A program made the translations under genes and the position numbers. This document shows, piece after piece, positions 25,016-32,000 of a stretch of DNA of 32,000 nucleotides (positions are counted from its first letter, which is position 1; each line of letters opens with the position of its first letter). This DNA comes from Kineococcus radiotolerans SRS30216 = ATCC BAA-149 (GTDB lineage: Bacteria > Actinomycetota > Actinomycetes > Actinomycetales > Kineococcaceae): assembly GCF_000017305.1 (NCBI RefSeq), contig NC_009664.2, positions 3,060,001-3,092,000 of the forward strand. Reading direction: 5' to 3'. Under the pieces are notes generated by a model that had not been told where the DNA came from, made no database searches, and was given only the letters and a program-made list of their open reading frames with translations.

Positions 25016-26833
25016 TCACTCGACCTCCGTCGCCGCCCCCGCGAACTGCGCCTCGTGCAGGCGCGCGTACGGCCCACCGGCGCCGACCAGGTCCTCGTGC
25101 CGGCCCTGCTCCACGACCCGGCCCGACTCCATGACGAGGATGAGGTCGGCGTCGCGGATCGTGGAGAGGCGGTGGGCGATGACCAGGCTCGTGCGGTCCG
25201 CGCGCAGCGCGGCCATCGCCCGCTGCACCACCCGCTCGGTGCGGGTGTCCACCGAGCTCGTCGCCTCGTCCAGCACCAGCACCCGGGGCCGGGCCAGGTG
25301 GGCCCGGGCGATGGTGATGAGCTGCTTCTCGCCGGCGCTGATGCGCCCCGCGTCGTCGTCGACGACGGTCTGGAAACCCTCGGGCAGGGTGGCCACCACG
25401 GTGTCCACCGACGCGGCCCGCGCGGCCTCCAGCACCTCGGCCCCGCTCGCCGACGGCCTCGCGTAGGCGATGTTCTCCGCGATGGTCCCCTGGAACAGCC
25501 AGGTGTCCTGCAGCACGATCGCGGCGCGCGAGCGCAGTTCCGCCCGCGACATCGTCGCCGTGTCGACGCCGTCGAGCAGGATGCGGCCCGACGTCACCTC
25601 GTAGTAGCGCAGCAGCAGGTTCACCAGCGTCGTCTTGCCCGCCCCGGTCGGCCCGACGATGGCGACGGTCTGCCCCGGTTCGGCCGTGAACGACAGGTCC
25701 TCGATGAGGGGGGTGTCGGGGGTGTAGCGGAACGACACGTGCTCGAACTCGATGCGCCCGGACCCGGAGGGCTTCGGCCCGTCGGCCGGGTCCGGCGACA
25801 TCCGCGGTGCGTCCAGGAGCTCGAACACCCGTTCCGCGGACGCCACCCCCGACTGCAGCAGGTTCGCCATCGAGCCCAGCTGCGCCAGCGGCTGGGTGAA
25901 CTGGCGGGAGTACTGCACGAACGCCTGCACCCCGCCGATCGTGATCGACCCGCCGGTCACCATCGTCGCCCCGACCACGGCGATGGCGACGTAGACGAGG
26001 TTCCCGATGAGCATCGTCGAGGGCATGATCGTGCCCGACAGGAACTGCGCGCCCGCGCTGGCGGCGAACAGCTCGTCGTTCTTGGCCGCGAACCGCGCCC
26101 GGACCTCCTCGCGGCGACCGGACGCGGTGACGACGTCGTGGCCGGTGAAGGCCTCCTCGATCTGCGCGTTCAGCGCCCCCGTCTCGCGCCACTGCCCCGC
26201 GAACAGCGGCTGCGCGCGCCGGGCGATGAGCGCCACCACGACGAGGGTGAGCGGGACGGCGACCAGCGCCACCAGCGCCAGGCGCCACGAGATGGAGAAC
26301 ATCATCGCCACGACCCCGACGACGGTCAGCACCGACACCAGGGCCTGCGACACCGTCTGCTGCAGGCTCTGGGAGACGTTGTCGATGTCGTTGGTGACCC
26401 GGCTCAGCAGCTCCCCGCGGGGGGTGGCGTCGACGTGCGACAGCGGCAACCGGTGGATCGTCGACTCGACGTCGGCGCGCAGCCGGAACACCGTGCGCTG
26501 CACCACCCGGTTCAGCAGGACCCCCTGGACGAAGGCGAGCACGGCCGAACCGGTCACGACCGCCACGACCTGCAGGACGGTGCGCTCCAGGCCGGCGCGG
26601 TCCAGCGGCCGCCCGAGGAACGCGGCGTCCACGACGTGGTCGGTCGCGTCACCCAGCAGCTTCGGGGCCACGACCGCCAGCGCGACGCCGGCCACGGCGA
26701 GGACCACCACCACCGCCAGCAGCGGCGCCTCCGGTCCCATCCGGCGCAGCAGCCGCTTCGCCGAGGGCAGGAAGTCCACCGACCGCTGCGGCGGCACCCC
26801 GGCCGTCCGCGTCGGCCCCCCGCGCCCGCTCAC
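25016..26833 (-). CDS. ABC transporter permease/ATP-binding protein (exporter half-transporter, canonical catalytic motifs, ISAGEKQ signature)
   Basis: 605 aa from GTG 26831-26833, which overlaps the upstream stop as GTGA. TMD then NBD with Walker A GPTGAGKTT, Q-loop VLQD, signature ISAGEKQLITIARA, Walker B VLVLDEATS and H-loop LVIAHRL. Confidence 0.9.
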   Translation of the reverse strand: MSGRGGPTRTAGVPPQRSVDFLPSAKRLLRRMGPEAPLLAVVVVLAVAGVALAVVAPKLLGDATDHVVDAAFLGRPLDRAGLERTVLQVVAVVTGSAVLAFVQGVLLNRVVQRTVFRLRADVESTIHRLPLSHVDATPRGELLSRVTNDIDNVSQSLQQTVSQALVSVLTVVGVVAMMFSISWRLALVALVAVPLTLVVVALIARRAQPLFAGQWRETGALNAQIEEAFTGHDVVTASGRREEVRARFAAKNDELFAASAGAQFLSGTIMPSTMLIGNLVYVAIAVVGATMVTGGSITIGGVQAFVQYSRQFTQPLAQLGSMANLLQSGVASAERVFELLDAPRMSPDPADGPKPSGSGRIEFEHVSFRYTPDTPLIEDLSFTAEPGQTVAIVGPTGAGKTTLVNLLLRYYEVTSGRILLDGVDTATMSRAELRSRAAIVLQDTWLFQGTIAENIAYARPSASGAEVLEAARAASVDTVVATLPEGFQTVVDDDAGRISAGEKQLITIARAHLARPRVLVLDEATSSVDTRTERVVQRAMAALRADRTSLVIAHRLSTIRDADLILVMESGRVVEQGRHEDLVGAGGPYARLHEAQFAGAATEVE

Positions 26834-28584
26834 GCCGCCACCTCCAGCTGGCTGGACACGATCTCCCGGTAGGTCGGGCAGTCCGCCAGCAGCTCCCGGT
26901 GCCGTCCGCGGCCCACCACCCGCCCGGCCTCCAGCACGACGATCTCGTCGGCGCCCACGATGGTCGAGACCCGCTGCGCCACCACGAGGATCGCCGCGTC
27001 GGGCCGGGCCGCGGCCAGCGCGGCGCGCAGCCGGGCGTCGGTCGCGGTGTCCAGCGCGGAGAACGCGTCGTCGAAGACGTGCACGGCCGGGGCCTGCACG
27101 AGCAGCCGCGCGATCGAGAGCCGCTGCCGCTGCCCGCCGGAGACGTTCGTGCCGCCCTGGGTGATCGGGGCGTCCAGACCGCCCTCCATCCGTTCCACGA
27201 AGTCGGCCGCCTGCGCCGTGCGCAGCGCCGCCCACAGCTCCTCGTCGCTCGCGTCGGGGCGCCCGAAGCGCAGGTTCGTGGCCACCGTCCCGGCGAACAG
27301 GTACGGCCGCTGCGGCGCCAGCCCGACCCGGCGGCGCAGGTCGGCGTCGGCCACCGAGCGCACGTCGACCCCGTCCAGCAGCACCGCGCCCGAGGTCGCG
27401 TCGGCCAGGCGGGTCGCGAGGTCCACCAGCGTCGTCTTGCCCGCCCCGGTCGACCCGATGACCGCCGTCGTCCGGCCCGCCCGCACGTCGAGGCTGACGC
27501 GGTCCAGCACCGGCCGGTCCGCGCCCGGGTAGCGGAAGGTCACGTCGCGGAACTCCAGCGACCGCCCCCCGGGCACCCCGGCGGGGACCTCGACGGGGAC
27601 GTCCGGGTCCCGCACGCCCGGTTCGAGGTCCAGCACCTCGCCGATGCGGCCGGCCGAGACCGCCGCCCGCGGCCCCAGGACGGCCAGGAACGTCGTCATC
27701 ATCACGCCGGTCAGGATCTGCACCAGGTAGCTGAGGAACGCGATGAGCGAGCCCACCTGCAGCTCACCGGCCTCCACCCGGGGCGCGCCGAACCAGACGA
27801 CGGCCGCGCTGGTGAGGTTCACCACGAGCACCACCACGGGGAAGACGACGGCGAACCACCGCCCGGCGCGCAGCGCGACGTCGGTGAGGTCGGTGTTGGC
27901 GCGCGCGAAGCGCGCCTCCTCGGCGTCCTCGCGCACGAAGCCGCGGACCACGCGCAGACCGGTCAGCTGCTCGCGCAGCACCCGGTTCACGGTGTCCAGC
28001 CGCTCCTGCAGCACCCCGAACAACGGGCCGAGGCGGACCATGATGAGCGCCATCACCGCGACCAGCACCGGCACCGCGACCACGACGAGCCAGCTCAGCC
28101 CCACGTCCTCGCGCAGCGCCATGACGATCCCCCCGACGCAGAGGAGGGGCGCGGAGACGATCACCGTGCAGGTCACCAGGACGAGCACCTGCACCTGCTG
28201 CACGTCGTTGGTGGCGCGGGTGATGAGCGAGGGCGCCCCGAAGCGGGACACCTCCGCCCGGGAGAGGGCCAGCACGTGGGTGAAGACGGCGGCGCGCAGG
28301 TCCCGGCCCAGCGCCATCGCCACCCGCGCCCCGCACCACACGGCGGTGATCGTGGCGACCACCTGCACCAGCGTCACGCCCAGCATCACGGCCCCGGTGC
28401 GCCAGATGAAGGCGGTGTCGCCGGTGCTCACACCCCGGTCGATGACCTCGGCGTTGAGCCGGGGCAGGTACAGCGACGCCGCGGTCTGCAGGACCTGCAG
28501 CACGACGACGGCGATCAGCAGCCCGCGGTGCGGGCGCAGGTGTTCTCGCAGGAGGGGGAGCAGCACGGGGTCCAGGTCTAGCAC
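26830..28584 (-). CDS. ABC transporter permease/ATP-binding protein (exporter half-transporter with degenerate Walker B/H-loop)
   Basis: 584 aa with a GTG start at 28584. Walker A GSTGAGKTT and signature VSGGQRQRLSIARLL are canonical. Walker B is VHVFDDAFS (catalytic Glu to Asp) and the H-loop is LVVAQRV (His to Gln). Confidence 0.9.
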   Translation of the reverse strand: MLDLDPVLLPLLREHLRPHRGLLIAVVVLQVLQTAASLYLPRLNAEVIDRGVSTGDTAFIWRTGAVMLGVTLVQVVATITAVWCGARVAMALGRDLRAAVFTHVLALSRAEVSRFGAPSLITRATNDVQQVQVLVLVTCTVIVSAPLLCVGGIVMALREDVGLSWLVVVAVPVLVAVMALIMVRLGPLFGVLQERLDTVNRVLREQLTGLRVVRGFVREDAEEARFARANTDLTDVALRAGRWFAVVFPVVVLVVNLTSAAVVWFGAPRVEAGELQVGSLIAFLSYLVQILTGVMMTTFLAVLGPRAAVSAGRIGEVLDLEPGVRDPDVPVEVPAGVPGGRSLEFRDVTFRYPGADRPVLDRVSLDVRAGRTTAVIGSTGAGKTTLVDLATRLADATSGAVLLDGVDVRSVADADLRRRVGLAPQRPYLFAGTVATNLRFGRPDASDEELWAALRTAQAADFVERMEGGLDAPITQGGTNVSGGQRQRLSIARLLVQAPAVHVFDDAFSALDTATDARLRAALAAARPDAAILVVAQRVSTIVGADEIVVLEAGRVVGRGRHRELLADCPTYREIVSSQLEVAA

Positions 28585-28652
28585 CGTCCCCGGTCCGCGA
28601 CATCAGCCTCCCGTGGCCCGCGGCGAACCGGCGGCCCCTGCGCCCGCCGGGC

Positions 28653-30002
28653 CTACAGCCTCCCGGCCGCCTTCAGCGCGAGGTAGCGGTCGGCCAGCGC
28701 CGGGGCCAGGCCCTCCGGGTCGGCGTGCACGACCTCCACCCCCAGCCGCGCCAGCAACCGGGCCGTGCGGTCCCGCTCGGCCGTCGCGGCCTCGGCGGCG
28801 GCGGCGGTGTAGACGGCCTCGGCGTCGGAGCGGCCGCGCGCCAGCCGGGTCAGGGCCGGGTCGTCGACCGCGGCGAGGACGACGGTGTGCCGGGTGGCGA
28901 GCTGCTCCAGCACCGCCAGCAGGCCGGAGTCCAGGACGGAGGAGTCCAGGGCCGTGAGCAGCACCACCAGCGAGCGCTGGCGGGCGGTGGTGCGGACCTC
29001 GGTGGCCACGGCGTCCCAGTCGGCCTCCACCAGGGAGGGCTCCAGCGGGGCCAGCGCCTCCACCAGGGACGGCAGCAGGTCACCGCGGGTGCCGCCCCGC
29101 ACCCGCGCCCGGACCCGCCGGTCGTGGGCGACCAGGTCCACCCGGTCCCCGGCGCGGGCGGCCAGCGCCGCGGTCAGCAGCGCCGCCTCGATCTGGGCGT
29201 CGAGGCGGACGGCGACCGCGGCCGGCACCCCCGCCCCCGCCGGGTCGCGGGGGTCGCCGGGACCCGCCAGCCGGGCCGCGGAGGTGCGGGAGGTGTCGAC
29301 GACCAGCAGCACCCGGCGGTCCCGCTCGGGTCGCCAGGTGCGGACCACCACGGCCTGCCGGCGCGCGCTGGCCCGCCAGTCGATGGAGCGGACGTCGTCG
29401 CCGTCGACGTACTCGCGCAGCGAGTCGAACTCGGTGCCCTGGCCGCGGTGCTGCACGGAGCTGCGCCCGTCCAGCTCGCGCAGCCGGGCCAGGCGGGAGG
29501 GCAGGTGCTTGCGGGAGGCGAAGGGCGGCAGGACCCGCAGCCGCCCCGGCACCGGCGCCGAGCGCTGCCGGGCGGCGAGGCCGAGCGGGCCGGCGCAGCG
29601 CAGCGTCACCCGGTCGCTGAGGCGGTCCCCGCGCCGGTTCGGCACCAGGACGGTCGTGAACCGGCGCCGCTCCCCGGCCGGCAGGTCCAGGCGGTGGCGG
29701 GAGGAACGGGCCCCCGCGGAGGGGACCCACGCGTCGCGCAGCACCCCCCGCACCCGCCGGCCGCCGGTGTTGGTGACCAGCAGCTCCGTCTCGCGGGGCT
29801 CGCCCAGGCGCACCGCCGGCAACGGCGACCGCTCCACCCGCACCCGGCGCGGGGAGGGGGCCAGGACCACGTCGAGCGCGACGAGCAGCGCGCTCAGCAG
29901 GGCCCACAGCCAGAACGAGGTCCAGCCGGGCCAGGCCACGACCAGCACCAGCCCCGCGAGGACGAGCAGCACGGCCCGCCCGGTCACCGCCACCCCGGTC
30001 AC
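28653..30002 (-). CDS. DUF58 domain-containing protein (vWA-like, Rv3693-like)
   Basis: 449 aa. N-terminal TM hairpin, then G.EFDSLREYVDGDDVRSIDWRASARR...VVRTWRPERDRRVLLVVD, the hallmark DUF58 block. Its start is 7 nt downstream of the MoxR stop. Confidence 0.9.
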   Translation of the reverse strand: MTGVAVTGRAVLLVLAGLVLVVAWPGWTSFWLWALLSALLVALDVVLAPSPRRVRVERSPLPAVRLGEPRETELLVTNTGGRRVRGVLRDAWVPSAGARSSRHRLDLPAGERRRFTTVLVPNRRGDRLSDRVTLRCAGPLGLAARQRSAPVPGRLRVLPPFASRKHLPSRLARLRELDGRSSVQHRGQGTEFDSLREYVDGDDVRSIDWRASARRQAVVVRTWRPERDRRVLLVVDTSRTSAARLAGPGDPRDPAGAGVPAAVAVRLDAQIEAALLTAALAARAGDRVDLVAHDRRVRARVRGGTRGDLLPSLVEALAPLEPSLVEADWDAVATEVRTTARQRSLVVLLTALDSSVLDSGLLAVLEQLATRHTVVLAAVDDPALTRLARGRSDAEAVYTAAAAEAATAERDRTARLLARLGVEVVHADPEGLAPALADRYLALKAAGRL

Positions 30003-30009
30003 GGGCGCG

Positions 30010-31020
30010 TCAACGCGGGACGGGCACGGAGCCGAGCACGGAGTCCAGGACCGCGTCCACGCTCACCCCGTCCAGCTCGGCCTCGGGACGCAGCTGCACG
30101 CGGTGGCGCAGCGTCGGGCGCGCCAGCGCCTTCACGTCGTCGGGGGAGACGTAGTCGCGCCCCGACAGCCACGCCCAGGCGCGCGCCGTGGCCAGCAGGG
30201 CGGTGGCGCCGCGGGGGGAGACCCCCAGCGCCAGCGACGGCGAGCTGCGGGTGGCGCGGCACACGTCGACGACGTAGCCGATGACCTCCCGCGAGCACTG
30301 CACCCGCCGCACGGCCGCGGACGCGATCGCCAGCTGCTGCGGGGAGGCGACCGCGCGCACCCCCGCCGCGGCCAGGTCGCGCGGGTCGAACCCCGTCGCG
30401 TGCCGGGCCAGCACCTCCACCTCGTCCTCGCGCGGGGGCAGCGGCAGGGTCAGCTTCAGCAGGAAGCGGTCCAGCTGGGCCTCGGGCAGGGGGTAGGTGC
30501 CCTCGTACTCCACCGGGTTCTGGGTGGCGGCGACGATGAAGGGGTCCGGCAGCGGGCGGGGTTCGCCCTCCACCGAGACCTGCTTCTCCTCCATCGCCTC
30601 CAGCAGCGACGCCTGCGTCTTGGGCGGGGTCCGGTTGATCTCGTCGGCGAGCAGGATGTTCGTGAACACCGGGCCCTCGCGGAAGGAGAACCGCGAGGTC
30701 TGCGCGTCGTAGACCAGCGAGCCCGTCACGTCGCCGGGCATGAGGTCGGGGGTGAACTGCACCCGCTTGGTGTCCAGCGCCAGCGCCGCCGAGAGGCTGC
30801 GCACCAGCAGCGTCTTGGCCACCCCCGGCACGCCCTCCAGCAGCACGTGGCCGCGGCACAGGACGGCGATGACCAGGCCGGTGACGGCGGCGTCCTGCCC
30901 GACGACGGCCTTGGCGACCTCCTGGCGGACCGCCCGCAGCGCCTGCCGGGCGTCCTCCACCTCGGGCCCCTCGGCCGCGCTCGGGGGCGGGGCGGTCTCG
31001 GGGGTCACGGGCTCGCTCAC
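30010..31020 (-). CDS. moxR: MoxR family AAA+ ATPase
   Basis: 336 aa from GTG 31018-31020, which overlaps the DUF4350 stop as GTGA. VVGQD..V..L..A.L..GHVLLEGVPGVAKTLL (Walker A), ILLADEINRTPPKTQASLLEAMEE (Walker B), ATQNP.E.EGTYPLPEAQLDRF, GVSPRG. Confidence 0.93.
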   Translation of the reverse strand: MSEPVTPETAPPPSAAEGPEVEDARQALRAVRQEVAKAVVGQDAAVTGLVIAVLCRGHVLLEGVPGVAKTLLVRSLSAALALDTKRVQFTPDLMPGDVTGSLVYDAQTSRFSFREGPVFTNILLADEINRTPPKTQASLLEAMEEKQVSVEGEPRPLPDPFIVAATQNPVEYEGTYPLPEAQLDRFLLKLTLPLPPREDEVEVLARHATGFDPRDLAAAGVRAVASPQQLAIASAAVRRVQCSREVIGYVVDVCRATRSSPSLALGVSPRGATALLATARAWAWLSGRDYVSPDDVKALARPTLRHRVQLRPEAELDGVSVDAVLDSVLGSVPVPR

Positions 31021-32000
31021 TGTCCAGCGTCCAATCGTCGGCTCGGGGTGCCACGCACGTCGTCCTCCAGGGTGTCCAGTTCCAGGGCCAGCCGGACCAG
31101 CGCGGGGTCGTCGCGCGGGGAGGTCCCGGCCAGCAGTTCCCGCACGGCGGGGGCGGGGCGCCCGGTCAGCCACGCCACCTGGTCGGCGACGTCCTGCACC
31201 GGGGCCCGCGGGTCCAGGCCCACCCAGCCCCGCAACCGCCGCAGCGTCGCCCGGCGCAGCTCGTCGGCGGCGCGGCCGGAGGCCCCGGCGCTGGCGTACA
31301 GCCGGCCGTGGCCCTCGACGGTCTCGGCCGCGCGCACCACCACCGGCAGCGGCTCCTCCACCAGCCGCCCCAGCCGCCGCCCCCGCCACAGCACCGCCAC
31401 CACCGCGGACAGCAGGACCAGCGCGACGGCGGGGAGGAACCAGCGGGGGACGAGGTCCAGCAGCGGCACGGTGGGGGAGTCGGTGTCCAGCGGGTCGGGC
31501 AGGTACCAGACCAGCTCCGGCTGCGCGCCGAGGGTGCGCAGCGCCAGCGTCCCGTTGCCCTCCCGGTCCGCCCAGCGGTTGGTCAGCAGCGCCGGCTGCC
31601 CCAGGACGGTGAGCGGGCCCGCGCCGGAGCGCTCCACCCGCGCGTAGGAGCCGCCGTAGCAGGTGCGCGCGTCGCCGGTGCCCGCGTAGGTCGGCCCGCC
31701 CGCGCGCGCCGTGCCCGCCGCGGCGGGGTCGGCGACCTCGCAGCCGGGGGCGCGGTCGCCGGCGGCGGCCGACCCCGCCCGGCGCACGTCGGGGGTCAGC
31801 GCCGCCAGCGCCGCGTCGCCGGGGCGCAGCAGCACCAGGTCCGCGCCGGAGGCGGACAGCGTCCGCAGGCGCGCCGCGGAGAGCAGGTCCGGCTGCGTGA
31901 CCAGGACCGTCGCACCCCGGGCGCGGGCCCCCTCCAGCGCGCGGGTCGCCCCCGCGAAGGAGCGGGCCTCGGTGACCTCGACGCCCTGCTCCGCCAGCAC
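31017..32000 (-). CDS. DUF4350 domain-containing protein (C-terminal part; 5' end outside window)
   Basis: The ORF runs off the right edge, so the leading M in the track is an edge artefact (an internal GTG codon). It has the periplasmic-binding-like region VLVTQPDLL...LVLL and a C-terminal TM helix (FLPAVALVLLSAVVAVLW) followed by a helical tail. It holds the conserved position upstream of MoxR. Confidence 0.78.
   Translation of the reverse strand: MLAEQGVEVTEARSFAGATRALEGARARGATVLVTQPDLLSAARLRTLSASGADLVLLRPGDAALAALTPDVRRAGSAAAGDRAPGCEVADPAAAGTARAGGPTYAGTGDARTCYGGSYARVERSGAGPLTVLGQPALLTNRWADREGNGTLALRTLGAQPELVWYLPDPLDTDSPTVPLLDLVPRWFLPAVALVLLSAVVAVLWRGRRLGRLVEEPLPVVVRAAETVEGHGRLYASAGASGRAADELRRATLRRLRGWVGLDPRAPVQDVADQVAWLTGRPAPAVRELLAGTSPRDDPALVRLALELDTLEDDVRGTPSRRLDAGQ

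Noticed and set aside
20021-26872. Giant ORFs in the track: 2283 aa on + at 20021..26872, 1509 aa at 4748..9277, 1231 aa on - at 6254..9949, 1235 aa at 10907..14614, 838 aa at 4560..7076, and many 300-900 aa Arg/Pro/Gly-rich ORFs.
   Set aside because: These are typical high-GC shadow frames. Their translations are dominated by R/P/G/A with no recognisable motifs. They overlap frames that carry clear family signatures and proper GC3 bias. Where a long ORF contains a real gene (for example glgX, cutinase or ahcY), only the motif-bearing 3' segment from a sensible start was kept.
31626-31635. A second CelR-like core palindrome GGAGCGCTCC. A weaker GAGCGCTC core also occurs near 19600.
   Set aside because: Both lie inside coding sequence (the DUF4350 and ABC genes) and lack the TG/CA outer positions. 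An 8-10-bp GC palindrome is expected by chance at this base composition.

Overview
Very GC-rich chromosomal segment (roughly 70-75% G+C by eye, not computed), typical of Actinomycetota. Calls rest on the supplied ORF track, third-position GC bias, motifs I can read in the translations, and synteny recalled from memory. No searches were run. I support 28 protein-coding genes, several GC-rich terminator-like hairpins and three candidate regulatory sites. I see no rRNA, tRNA, CRISPR array, transposase or integrase. (i) 1-9.3 kb is conserved housekeeping synteny: CvnD-like GTPase tail, DUF1025-type metallopeptidase, DUF3499, a small zinc-ribbon ORF, manB, Trm112, SIS/PMI-like, ahcY, SGNH hydrolase and glgX. 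It is comparable to the M. tuberculosis Rv3255c-Rv3259 / sahH neighbourhood. (ii) 9.4-32 kb carries the conserved but functionally obscure actinobacterial RDD / SpoIIM(DUF95) / DUF58 / MoxR / DUF4350 cluster, here split by two accessory blocks. Block 1 (10.2-14.7 kb) holds GrpB, an S9 peptidase, and a TetR regulator divergent from a secreted type-I PET-hydrolase-like cutinase. Block 2 (15.7-28.6 kb) starts with a translationally coupled four-gene minus-strand operon, my best candidate for an undescribed system. Its genes are an ABC half-transporter with no Walker A lysine, a partner ABC with a degenerate signature motif, a beta-lactamase-fold protein lacking all catalytic motifs, and an AAA ATPase with a Bcs1-type ED Walker B and an unassigned ~230-aa N-domain. 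Block 2 continues with DUF72, a secreted CBM4-Ig-GH9 cellulase that has its own promoter and a CelR/CebR-type palindromic operator, and a second heterodimeric ABC exporter pair. Many long ORFs in the track are high-GC shadow frames and were rejected.
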